Source: a virus. Taken from it: DNA of 64,000 nt. Positions 1 to 8,871 of this stretch are shown here, in pieces. A program made the position numbers and the translations under genes. Below the pieces are notes generated by a model. It did not search any database, was not told the DNA's origin, and saw only the letters and a list, made by a program, of their open reading frames with translations. Each line of letters begins with the position of its first letter. The stretch's first letter is position 1. The DNA lies in the IMG/VR virus record IMGVR_UViG_3300047548_001390, positions 1 to 64,000 of that record; one strand, 5' to 3'.

Positions 1-74
1 GCATCCTTTACGCTTTGCCTGTAGGCTTTGATCGCGGACAAGAAATCCGCGTTGTTAACATAATGATTAGCCAT
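1..74 (-). CDS. gp55: T4-like late sigma factor gp55, N-terminal part (runs off window)
   Basis: ATG at 74 reads MANHYVNNADFLSAIKAYRQSVKD. HYVNN-x-x-F is the typical gp55 N-terminus, and the position downstream of uvsW fits. Confidence 0.8.
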   Translation of the reverse strand, partial: MANHYVNNADFLSAIKAYRQSVKD

Positions 75-106
75 AACAACCTTTTCCACATTTTATAAAC
101 ACTTAT

Positions 107-136
107 ATTATATACTGCACAGGGCGGCTCTGTCAA
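107..136 (-). promoter_or_regulatory. sigma70-type promoter for gp55
   Basis: Minus strand TTGACA-18nt-TATAAT upstream of the gp55 ATG. Confidence 0.7.
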
Positions 137-150
137 ATATAAAAATAAAT

Positions 151-179
151 TTGACCTATATTTTTTGGTCCCGTATAAT
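151..179 (+). promoter_or_regulatory. sigma70-type promoter pointing antisense into ORF 212-589/uvsW
   Basis: Plus strand TTGACC-17nt-TATAAT, preceded by an A-rich UP-like tract, with no credible plus-strand gene downstream. Confidence 0.65.
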
Positions 180-211
180 TTCCTATGTCGGGTTTCATGT
201 AGGGTTATAAA

Positions 212-589
212 TTAATGCTTTGTATCGTTACCTTCGATATAGTTCTTATTATATAATTTAGCTTCTAGCTGATCAAGCATTCTATCTTCTTCAAGTAATG
301 ATTCAATATGTTCTTCCTTTGCAGCATTAGCCTGATCAATTGCATCCAAGAACTTGATTGCAACTTCATGACTGGCAGGAACAACAAATTCAATCTTCTC
401 TTTGTTTATTTCATAAAAGGTCTCATCAGAGAGACTGCAATAAGGAATGAGAGAGAACTTGGATGTATAAGCATTGATCTTAACGAAGTAGGGCTGTTCA
501 ACTTTAATCATATTATCTAAATCACCAACAAGTATTGCCAACACATCTATCCCGTTCTTAAATCTTATAACTGCAACACATTCCGTCAT
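212..589 (-). CDS. conserved T4-like hypothetical protein (Sm-like) between uvsW and gp55
   Basis: 125 aa, ATGA overlap with the uvsW stop, syntenic position. Confidence 0.7.
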   Translation of the reverse strand: MTECVAVIRFKNGIDVLAILVGDLDNMIKVEQPYFVKINAYTSKFSLIPYCSLSDETFYEINKEKIEFVVPASHEVAIKFLDAIDQANAAKEEHIESLLEEDRMLDQLEAKLYNKNYIEGNDTKH

Positions 590-2070
590 AAATCCGCCTC
601 TATGAGTTTGATGGGAAATTCCTCTTCCATGTAGAGCTTGTATCTTTCAGCTCCATGCTTGAGAGTGTGGTTCTTCCAAGACTTCCAATGTAGATCATCC
701 GTAATATCAAACAATTTACAATGATCCTTTCCATTATTTAGTCTGAGTCCCCTCCCGATAGATTGCAGATTTCTTATTCGTGATTTAGAAGGTGAAGCAA
801 ATATAATATTCTCAATAGATGGAATGTTAATACCTGTTGAGAACACACCAAACGAAGCGACAACAATAGCATTGCTCTCTTCACTCAAAATATGTCTAAC
901 CTCTTCTCGACTCTCCACATCAGTACCACCATGGATGTAGAATACTTTCTTTCCTTTCGAGTTGTTGTTAATCATGTTATAAAGAACATCACCATGCTTC
1001 TCTACAAACTGAAACAGCACCAATGTATTTCCTTTTGTACTTAAAGCCAGGTTCTTGATGAACGTATTTCTTTTCTCATTTGTAACAAGAAAATCAATTT
1101 CTTGTTGATAGTCCATCTTATTACATGCTTTCCTTACGTCTTCTGGATATTTCAACAACAAAGCAGTAATCTTTAATGGAGATAACTTGCCTTCCTCTTG
1201 GAGTTTTTTTGTAGTAGTTACCCTATGGACTTTCCCAAAGATTCCCTCTAGAACTAAAGTGTTGATCTTTTTATTATCAAGTGAACCAGTAGTACCTATC
1301 CTGTACTTGACATTGGGCATCCTTTCCATAATCGTTGTGAGGGACTTAGCTTTAAATTGATGAGCTTCATCACCGATGATCACATTGAATTGCTGAAACC
1401 AAGCTTTTGGCATGGTGTAAGCAGATTGCCACGTAGTAAAGAGAATATCACTCTCAAACGTTTTTGGAAATCCGGAATACAACTTCTGGCAATGCTCTTG
1501 AACGGGCCATTCGTTTTGCGTAGAATAATCAATAAAGTCTGAGTACATCTGTTCAACAAGAGATGTCGTAGGGACAACAACAATACACTTACGACCACTT
1601 TCAACATGCCATCTACAAATAGAATAGATGATCAAAGACTTGCCAGATCCAGTAGGACTAAGAATTAAAGCTCTATTGTTGTGAAGGGAATGCCAAACAG
1701 CTTCGTTCTGATAATCGTGGACTGTGATAGGTTTACCTCTACCACAAAGATTTAAATCAAGAGTGAACTGTTTGATTGTGTCTAGATCGACGTCAGACTT
1801 TGTGTCGACGTCATTGACATAGTTGATTTCATGTTGGTACTTCTCACAAAACTTCTCAAGATAGTATAGAAGGCCAACATAGAGAGTTTTTCTTAGAGGG
1901 TCTGCTAACCGAACTTTTCCATCCCACAATCTTGCTTTGTATTGGGGGGTAAACCTAGCTCCGGGATAATCGTAAGTAAAATAGTCTACCAGTTCCGATT
2001 CAACACCGACATCGTCACAATAAAATCTTAAAAATACTTCATTAATCTTCTCAACGTTTACGATAGACAT
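586..2070 (-). CDS. uvsW: UvsW SF2 DNA/RNA helicase
   Basis: SPTGSGKS Walker A, DEAH, QSIGRGLR motif VI, WDGK N-terminal motif. Confidence 0.95.
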   Translation of the reverse strand: MSIVNVEKINEVFLRFYCDDVGVESELVDYFTYDYPGARFTPQYKARLWDGKVRLADPLRKTLYVGLLYYLEKFCEKYQHEINYVNDVDTKSDVDLDTIKQFTLDLNLCGRGKPITVHDYQNEAVWHSLHNNRALILSPTGSGKSLIIYSICRWHVESGRKCIVVVPTTSLVEQMYSDFIDYSTQNEWPVQEHCQKLYSGFPKTFESDILFTTWQSAYTMPKAWFQQFNVIIGDEAHQFKAKSLTTIMERMPNVKYRIGTTGSLDNKKINTLVLEGIFGKVHRVTTTKKLQEEGKLSPLKITALLLKYPEDVRKACNKMDYQQEIDFLVTNEKRNTFIKNLALSTKGNTLVLFQFVEKHGDVLYNMINNNSKGKKVFYIHGGTDVESREEVRHILSEESNAIVVASFGVFSTGINIPSIENIIFASPSKSRIRNLQSIGRGLRLNNGKDHCKLFDITDDLHWKSWKNHTLKHGAERYKLYMEEEFPIKLIEADL

Positions 2071-2732
2071 CTTTGTTTACAATTATCAAAATGAAATCGA
2101 TACATTCCAGGGGAGGCCTGTCCTTCTTTACTACAGTGTGGACATTTTATTATAGGACGTTGCTGAGCCGATTGCTTTATTTTTAATCTCACATCTTCTC
2201 TTTTGGAAGGATTTTTATCCCCCGATATATCACGAAACACACCTCGTTCTTTTCTTGTTTTAGCAGCTTTAACTCCAGCTTGTTTACGAATCTCAGGAGT
2301 TTGAACTTCATGGCTTCTTTTTGACATCTCTTTTTGGAACTGAGAATCATTAAACTTGCAATTAGATCTACCCAATCTCCAACCCTCAGGCAGTTCTTTG
2401 TCCTTAGGGAAATACTTATCTACCACCCCGTCAGTTATCCACCTTAATGAAGATACGGTATCCCCACCATCACCTTCTTCTATCTTTAGATTAGCCCATT
2501 CTGCACTTTCTACAACATTAAACTCAATAGATTTTAATTTTGCAATTTTCACAAACTCTTCGTAATCTTCAGTTTGAAATATTACTTCCGTAATAATATT
2601 TTTTCCGTGTTCTTGAACATGTCTTTTCCAGTAGCGACCTGAACCTAGATAAGAATCGTGATTATTTTTTTGTGTGTAACAAAGGTACTTTAACCCAGTG
2701 ACGGCGTGAGTTTTGATCATTAACTTGTGCAT
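2058..2732 (-). mobile_element. free-standing Seg-like (GIY-YIG-type) homing endonuclease; likely start 2732
   Basis: LKYLCYT..YLGSGRYWK, WANLKIEEGDGG, WITDG/LPEGWRLGR, C-terminal CPHC..FHFDNCK. SD GGAG before ATG 2732; inserted between uvsY and uvsW. Confidence 0.8.
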
Positions 2733-2768
2733 AAGAATCTCCTTTGTTGTATTTATAAAGATTCTTAT
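2731..2768 (-). promoter_or_regulatory. late promoter TATAAATA (2750-2757) inside an RBS-sequestering hairpin
   Basis: Perfect 10-bp inverted repeat 2731-2740/2759-2768. The 3' arm covers part of the SD and the AUG of the endonuclease. Confidence 0.8.
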
Positions 2769-2778
2769 CTTGCCGTCA

Positions 2779-3216
2779 TTATGATCCTGCAAGAAATTGC
2801 TTCCAAGTTATGCCATTTTTAATTTGCCAATCTCGCTGCTTGATCTGAGACATAATCGATTCTATTGCATACAGGACTGTGTCCATGTATTCTAATCGAA
2901 CCTGAACTTGAGATAGATCTTCGTCACCTTTTAGAAACTCATCCATCTCAGCTTTGAGGGGTTTGGTGTATTGCCATTGATCCCATTCAAGCTGTTTCAA
3001 TTCGTCTTTTGAAAGCTCACCACGATAATAGCGAAACTTCAGCTTTCGAAGATTGTTGTATTCGATCTCAAGTTTTGTCTTTCGGAGCTTTGCATCTACA
3101 AGCAGCTTTAGGTATTTAGCATGCAGTTTTGCGGTGTGGATTGAAGCCTCACCAAGGTGATTATCATCAATTGAGCTGTCTGCTTCCCACATCACCAACA
3201 CATCATCAAGTTTCAT
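2779..3216 (-). CDS. uvsY: UvsY recombination mediator
   Basis: W..DS.ID, LHAKYL, YYRGE, R.WQIKN.I.W.QFLAG motifs. Confidence 0.9.
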   Translation of the reverse strand: MKLDDVLVMWEADSSIDDNHLGEASIHTAKLHAKYLKLLVDAKLRKTKLEIEYNNLRKLKFRYYRGELSKDELKQLEWDQWQYTKPLKAEMDEFLKGDEDLSQVQVRLEYMDTVLYAIESIMSQIKQRDWQIKNGITWKQFLAGS

Positions 3217-3231
3217 ATCAAATCCTATCAG

Positions 3232-3771
3232 TTATTCTATACGGTAGTAAGTATACCTGAAATTCGCATTTCCGGCAAGATAAACTACATCGGAAACGGT
3301 AGATTGCAATTGAATAGAGGATAGTGCAGTTGGGAACAAGTTGATGAACAAAATTGTCTTTATTGATGTACCAAAAGCATTTAAAATACTTAGCGTGCCA
3401 TCAGAATACCCAGCTAAGAGTTGATTTCTGTTTAATTCATCTGTTCTTGAAGAGATGAAGTTTTTGTATTGGTCATGTGATTGAGGAAATCCAAGACCCA
3501 CCATCCAGTTGTGAATAGCAACATAATTGGTCATATCACTGTCAATCAAAAATGTCATCGACAAATCACCAAATGTCAGTTTCTCGCCAGGCATTGGAGC
3601 ATTGACCAAAGGATTACCGAAGTCGGCAGCTGGAAGGTCCAAAGATGGAAGAGTTATTTCTTGACAGAAAAATGTCACCTCTGGAAGTTTTTGAATATTA
3701 AACTTAAAGCCATTATTCTGTAACGGACTAATGTTTGAAGGTACTGGACACGATAATGATTGCATAATCAT
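3232..3771 (-). CDS. gp3: tail completion/sheath stabiliser gp3
   Basis: F.F.I.KLP.V.FFCQ, PGEKL.FGDL...FLID..M.NY..IHNW, YSDGTL.I motifs; downstream of gp23. Confidence 0.85.
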   Translation of the reverse strand: MIMQSLSCPVPSNISPLQNNGFKFNIQKLPEVTFFCQEITLPSLDLPAADFGNPLVNAPMPGEKLTFGDLSMTFLIDSDMTNYVAIHNWMVGLGFPQSHDQYKNFISSRTDELNRNQLLAGYSDGTLSILNAFGTSIKTILFINLFPTALSSIQLQSTVSDVVYLAGNANFRYTYYRIE

Positions 3772-3793
3772 TCCTTCTATTGTTTGATGTTTC

Positions 3794-3801
3794 TATTTAT
3801 T
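3794..3801 (-). promoter_or_regulatory. late promoter (AATAAATA) for gp3
   Basis: NATAAATA consensus immediately after the gp23 terminator. Confidence 0.6.
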
Positions 3802-3802
3802 G

Positions 3803-3831
3803 AAAAAGAAACCCGCCGAAGCGGGTTTCTT
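3803..3831 (-). terminator. rho-independent terminator after gp23
   Basis: AAGAAACCCGC-TTCG-GCGGGTTTCTT plus T tract; cUUCGg tetraloop typical of T4-like phages. Confidence 0.9.
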
Positions 3832-3854
3832 ACTAGCAGAACTAACTAACTAAA

Positions 3855-5171
3855 TTACATCAAGTTCGTAACCGCGACCTTCCTATAATAATAATTCTTG
3901 TTAGCGGTCAAGTCACCCTGTGAACCCGAAGAATCGTCGAGGTCAACAAATGGGTTAGCAACCATGCCATAACGTGTCTTGAAGCCAATCTTTGGTTGGA
4001 AGCTGTTAGGATCAACAGCACGAACCATTTGGAGAGGAACGTATGGGCAGTAGAACAGACCAGCATCAAAAGCGGATGTGCCTTTGTAGCCAACCATGAA
4101 GAACTGAGTGGCGGACTGGTTAGCAGCATATGGATCAACATACACTTTGTACTTACCATTCAACACACCAGCGAAAGTTGTCGAAGCTTCGTCAACGTTC
4201 AAGCCAGTCGAGAGAGCAGGAGCGTAGTCGAGAACACCAGCCATTGCAAGAGCAGAAGCAACGTCGCTCGAGCAGAGGATGAAGTTACCACGGCCACGAC
4301 GTGTTTGCTGCGCAATCGCGTTAGCTTCACGTTCGATTTGGAACAACATGCCCTTGAATTTCTCAACAGACCAACGGCCGTTAGCGTCAACGTCCAAGTC
4401 AAATGTACCAGCGTTAGCTGTACCGACCTGAGCACCTGGCTTAGCAGTTGCGTAGATTGTGCGAATAACTTCGCGGTTGATTTCAGCAAGAATCTCTGCG
4501 GAGAGAATGTTGCTCAACTCGCCTTCAGCGTCAAGACCATGAACTGCTTTCAAGTCCTGAGCGAGTTCGAGAGAGTATTCAGCTTTCAGAGCGCGTGTCT
4601 TAGCAACAACGCTGGTCTTCTCGATCGAGAAAGCCATCTGAGCGAACGAACCGTCACCAACACCACCTTGGCCAAGAGCTTCAGCAGCAGCTGTCGTGAT
4701 ACCACGGCCAGTTGTAACAGAGCCAGTCCATGGGGAAAGGTCGGAGTCGTTTGTGCCGTCACCGGAGAAACCAGTATCAGCTTCGTTAAACAAAGCTTCC
4801 GTACCGTTCTGTGTGCTGTAGCGTGACTTCATAGCGAAGATCAAGCCAGTTGGCTGAGTCATTGGCTGAACGCCGCAAACGTCATAAGCGATCAACTGAG
4901 GCATTGCACGGCGAACCAAGCTGATCAAAACTGGGTCGTAACCTGCAACGGTACCTGTAGCAGCACCAGCACCACCGAGGGCGAGGCCTGTACCACCAGC
5001 GTTAGCTGGAGCAGCTTCGAAGAGAGCTTCAGCTTGCTTGCGCATTTCGCGCTCTTGGTTTTCCAAGAGAACAGCTGTAACTTCTTTACGGTAGTTGTCT
5101 TTGATTTGTGGAAGGGCGTCGTGGTTAAGAACTGGAGCCCATTTTTCCATTAATTGTTTACGATCGGACAT
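3855..5171 (-). CDS. gp23: major capsid protein gp23
   Basis: KWAPVL, GVQPMTQPTGLIFAM, TRALKAEYSLELAQDLKAVHGLDAE, FQPKIGFKTRYG. Confidence 0.98.
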   Translation of the reverse strand: MSDRKQLMEKWAPVLNHDALPQIKDNYRKEVTAVLLENQEREMRKQAEALFEAAPANAGGTGLALGGAGAATGTVAGYDPVLISLVRRAMPQLIAYDVCGVQPMTQPTGLIFAMKSRYSTQNGTEALFNEADTGFSGDGTNDSDLSPWTGSVTTGRGITTAAAEALGQGGVGDGSFAQMAFSIEKTSVVAKTRALKAEYSLELAQDLKAVHGLDAEGELSNILSAEILAEINREVIRTIYATAKPGAQVGTANAGTFDLDVDANGRWSVEKFKGMLFQIEREANAIAQQTRRGRGNFILCSSDVASALAMAGVLDYAPALSTGLNVDEASTTFAGVLNGKYKVYVDPYAANQSATQFFMVGYKGTSAFDAGLFYCPYVPLQMVRAVDPNSFQPKIGFKTRYGMVANPFVDLDDSSGSQGDLTANKNYYYRKVAVTNLM

Positions 5172-5182
5172 TTTGTTTCCTT

Positions 5183-6163
5183 TTATTTAAGATTGTCTAA
5201 TACTGACAAGTAACCCTTGATCGAAGGATCAACAACCTTAGCTGTCTTCTCTTCTGTCAGAGTAACTGGAGTATCTGTTACTACGGATTCAACAACAGGA
5301 GTTGTTGCCTTGTTTGTGAAATAGCTTTCACGAATTGTCTGTGCTTTCTTCTGGAAAGTTTCGACGCCGTCAAATTCCAACTCTTCGATTAAAGCGAAGA
5401 ATTTTTCTTTGTCAGTCTCAACCAAACCTTCGGCAAGTTCAGCAGCAACCTGACCAACTTGATACTCGGTCAATTGCTTGTTCAACTCGACGTTAGTATT
5501 GAATTGCTCGTCTAACTTCGATTTCATTTCAGCAAGCTGCTGTTCCATTTCACCAAGCACATCGAATTTTTCTTCAGGAATATCGATATAGTGCTCTTCG
5601 AAAAGAGACTTCAACCCACCAACGAAGCCTTCCAAAATTTCAGACTTCATACCACTCTCAAGGGCAATTTCATTCTGTTCCATCCACTGCTCGACTACGT
5701 AGTCAAGATATCCATCAACTTTTTCAACAAGACCCTCTTTAATGCTTTCGACTTCTTCAGCAAGTTTTGCTTCGTAAGCCTCATCCAACTTTTGTACTTC
5801 TTCTTTAACTCTATTCATAACAGCTGCTTCAAAAATTGTAGCAGCTTTTTCTTTGAATTCTTCTGTAAGATCTTCACCAGCAACCAAAGCGTCGATATCT
5901 TCTTTCATACCGGCAATGTGGCTTGCTTCTTGAGCAGATTCACCTTTGTTAACAACGTTAGCGGTCTTGGCTTTTCCACCAACTTCCTGTTTGTCAACGT
6001 TGTTCTTTTTGTTTTCTTCGTTCTCACCTTCGACGCTTGTAACGCCATCGGTCTTAGGAGTCATTTCTTCCTCAGCTAAAACCTCTTCAACGATAGATTC
6101 TTCTTGTGTTTCAACTTTTTTAGATTCAGCAAGAATATCTGCAATTTTTTGTTCGATAGACAT
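5183..6163 (-). CDS. gp22: prohead core scaffold gp22
   Basis: Acidic coiled coil with EEFKEKAATIFEAAV and VDGYLDYVVEQWM; upstream of gp23. Confidence 0.92.
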   Translation of the reverse strand: MSIEQKIADILAESKKVETQEESIVEEVLAEEEMTPKTDGVTSVEGENEENKKNNVDKQEVGGKAKTANVVNKGESAQEASHIAGMKEDIDALVAGEDLTEEFKEKAATIFEAAVMNRVKEEVQKLDEAYEAKLAEEVESIKEGLVEKVDGYLDYVVEQWMEQNEIALESGMKSEILEGFVGGLKSLFEEHYIDIPEEKFDVLGEMEQQLAEMKSKLDEQFNTNVELNKQLTEYQVGQVAAELAEGLVETDKEKFFALIEELEFDGVETFQKKAQTIRESYFTNKATTPVVESVVTDTPVTLTEEKTAKVVDPSIKGYLSVLDNLK

Positions 6164-6187
6164 AAGTTTCTCCTGTAAACTCTATAT

Positions 6188-6195
6188 TATTTATA
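6188..6195 (-). promoter_or_regulatory. T4 late promoter TATAAATA for gp22-gp23
   Basis: Exact T4 late consensus about 25 nt upstream of the gp22 ATG. Confidence 0.8.
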
Positions 6196-6235
6196 CAATT
6201 AAAGTTTTCACATAATCCATTATTGTTATTTGGTA

Positions 6236-6808
6236 TTAACTACCTAGTAACTTATTTAAGTAGTAGTAATTAATACCCAAAGCATCAATTGCTTCTTTCT
6301 TGCAGCTATAATGAATTCCATTCACAATAACCGGCTTTGCTGCAGGAGCTCCTCCACCTCTTCGGCTTTCGCAAAACTCCTGCGATCTTTTTTTACCTCT
6401 GTTTGATTCGGCTCGAGCATTGACGTATTCCGGCAATTGCTTCCTACCTTTTTTAGCTTCACTGAGTTTTCTTCTCGTTTCGCTAGACGGTTTTCTTCCT
6501 AAATTAGCCAACCTCATTTTATGTCTCGTTACATCTGATTTATTAGATGTACCTTCACCTCCGTCAGTCTGATTATGTAAGATACCTGTGCCAATATCCT
6601 TACGACCATACCACAGAATGTATCTTCTTTCGAGTGCAAGAGCACCAACCTCAGTCAATTTATGCTCTAGAAAAACTATTCTCGCCTTATCTTTAGGAGG
6701 TCTATGACCAACTGTTGAAACAAAAGCGCGGTTTGCTTGACCTTTGCCAATATAATATGGCGTACCATCTTCGCGTAAATAAGCATAAACGTAGAACTTC
6801 AACATCAT
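6236..6808 (-). mobile_element. GIY-YIG homing endonuclease with NUMOD3 repeats
   Basis: [38 protein letters not shown]; inserted between gp21 and gp22. Confidence 0.88.
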
Positions 6809-7461
6809 TACTTAATATTGTTCAGGAAGTTCTGAAACATTCTTGCTTGAGATTCTGCCAACTGTTTAGTCGACATTTTTTTAATGTCAGATTTAAGCTG
6901 CTCAGCCATAACCCAAGATTTTGTAGATGCGTTATACACCCACTCAGCTCCTTCCATCACCCCTTCAACAAAAGCATCAGGAGCAGAAGGATCTGCAACG
7001 ATATCAGCAGCAGTAGCTAGCATGAAATCGTCTTGAACAAGGTTCACACCATTTTTTTGAACAAGTGAACCCATACCACGAGAAGATACGCCAAGCTGTG
7101 CACCTTCATCAATCAAAGACTTAACAATCTTGCCATATGGTGTATCCATAATCTTTGCTTTTCCAACCCAATTATTACCATCAAGTTTCAACGACTTGAT
7201 CATGTGGGAGACGCGGTCAAGATTAATGGTTGGGGAATCGGGATGACCTAATTCACCAAAAGCACGATTTTTAGTAATGTATTCTTTGTTGTAACGGTTA
7301 ACTTCTTTCTCCATGATCTCTCTTGGATACATACGACCGTTACGGTTCTTTAAGTTAGATTGGAGGAATACGCCTTCAATAAAGTACGATTTTTCTTTCG
7401 TCCCTTTGGCTTCCTCAACAATCAACTTAACTTCTTCTGTGTGTTCCTTTATGAGCTTCAC
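6808..7461 (-). CDS. gp21: prohead protease gp21
   Basis: [40 protein letters not shown]. Confidence 0.97.
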   Translation of the reverse strand: MKLIKEHTEEVKLIVEEAKGTKEKSYFIEGVFLQSNLKNRNGRMYPREIMEKEVNRYNKEYITKNRAFGELGHPDSPTINLDRVSHMIKSLKLDGNNWVGKAKIMDTPYGKIVKSLIDEGAQLGVSSRGMGSLVQKNGVNLVQDDFMLATAADIVADPSAPDAFVEGVMEGAEWVYNASTKSWVMAEQLKSDIKKMSTKQLAESQARMFQNFLNNIK

Positions 7462-7470
7462 TATATTTCC

Positions 7471-7938
7471 TTAAGGAGCTACGTAGTCTGGGCTACCGTT
7501 AATTGTTGTGCTAGCACCAACACGAGTTGGATCATCATAAGCACCGTATGTAGCATCTTCAACTTTAGTCTTATAGCCACCAGTCTTACGGATTCTCAAC
7601 CAGCAAGAAGCTTGAGCTCCAGAAATGGCAACTACGATATCAGATGCAGCACCAATTGTATCAGGAGGCATATCCTGACCGCTAAAATCTAAAAATCCAG
7701 CAGCGTTAGCTTGCAATGTCATAACAACGACACTATTACGTGTAATCGTGATAACACCATCTGCAGCACCAGTCCATGTTACTCCAGCAATTGTTGCTGT
7801 TTGGGTTTCACCGTCTAATGCTTGATTAGAAAGTAACAAATCAGTTGCTAATGCGATTGTTGCAGAACCGTCTGTGCCAGACACTTTTACAACAGCTTCC
7901 TGAGCAACATTTTTTAAAATAGTTTTGACGACTGCCAT
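7471..7938 (-). CDS. hypothetical structural protein in head cluster
   Basis: 155 aa ORF in the operon between gp20 and gp21. Confidence 0.65.
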   Translation of the reverse strand: MAVVKTILKNVAQEAVVKVSGTDGSATIALATDLLLSNQALDGETQTATIAGVTWTGAADGVITITRNSVVVMTLQANAAGFLDFSGQDMPPDTIGAASDIVVAISGAQASCWLRIRKTGGYKTKVEDATYGAYDDPTRVGASTTINGSPDYVAP

Positions 7939-7939
7939 T

Positions 7940-8500
7940 TTAATCCTCTATTTGGTCTACAACATTTAAAAAGTTTTCAACTGATTCGCGCATATACTTA
8001 ATAACATCTTCATGCTGCCCGAATATATTATTTATGCGGTTGTACAAATCTTCTGATACCACTACTGAAGTACCATCATTTAACGTAAAATCAAATCTAC
8101 CTTCTATTAAAGTGTCTAAGTTATTGATCTTTCTTATTTCTAATGACACAGGATCAGCGTTAAATGCTTTAGATGCTGCCAATTGAATGTAAGATTCAAT
8201 CAACGTATCCGTTACCTTCACATCTGTGTGATGCTTTCTAATAATGGAAGCAATCTTACTATCAGGAAGATCCTGATACATCTCCTCCTGAAGGTCATTT
8301 AATACAGATCGTTGTATTCTTGATTCTGTAATATGTTGCTTTGCTTCTTCAATCGAATGAAATAATGTAGGCTGTTTATCAATTAAAACAACCCCATCAT
8401 CTCCTTCAGAGATAACGTGTTCGTAACAGGTTACTCGTCTAGATATTCCTGTACCGGTCAACTTTTCATAAAGAGATGATTGGAGTTTTTTGTAATTCAT
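7940..8500 (-). CDS. hypothetical head-cluster protein
   Basis: 186 aa, ATGA-coupled to the upstream gene. Confidence 0.65.
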   Translation of the reverse strand: MNYKKLQSSLYEKLTGTGISRRVTCYEHVISEGDDGVVLIDKQPTLFHSIEEAKQHITESRIQRSVLNDLQEEMYQDLPDSKIASIIRKHHTDVKVTDTLIESYIQLAASKAFNADPVSLEIRKINNLDTLIEGRFDFTLNDGTSVVVSEDLYNRINNIFGQHEDVIKYMRESVENFLNVVDQIED

Positions 8501-8871
8501 TTTACGTGTTTAATTTTGCCGCCCATTTCACGGAAGTCATCCAATTCTGTATCAGAAAGGTGTTCGCCAGCTTTAATGCCGTGCTCAAAGTTTTTGCCAA
8601 CAGCATGGACTTTGTACTTACCACCGCCGACTGGTTTGACGTGAAGAGCGTTGGCGTGAACTTTAGATTGATCCATTTCTTCGTCAACCAATTCAATCTC
8701 TTCAACAACTTCTTCAGCTTGCTCTTGTACGTTGAACATATTCTTGGCAACTTCCTGACGCATTACATCAAGACGCTCGGCAATACGGCCGGCCATTTCT
8801 GTTTCGAACGATTTCTGAATAGCGACAGAATCTCCGGATGCAATTGCATCGATTAGGTCACGAGTGCTCAT
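8497..8871 (-). CDS. prohead core protein (gp67-like)
   Basis: Small acidic helical protein directly after the portal gene, where T4 has gp67. Confidence 0.6.
   Translation of the reverse strand: MSTRDLIDAIASGDSVAIQKSFETEMAGRIAERLDVMRQEVAKNMFNVQEQAEEVVEEIELVDEEMDQSKVHANALHVKPVGGGKYKVHAVGKNFEHGIKAGEHLSDTELDDFREMGGKIKHVK

Noticed and set aside
3996-4826. 276-aa plus-strand ORF antisense to gp23, and similar ones opposite gp22, gp18 and gp5
   Set aside because: Shadow ORFs caused by codon bias of highly expressed genes; no RBS or motifs
6236-6808. Group I intron around the homing endonucleases
   Set aside because: The flanking genes (gp21/gp22, uvsY/uvsW, GTs) are intact and separate, with no room for an intron core; the endonucleases are free-standing
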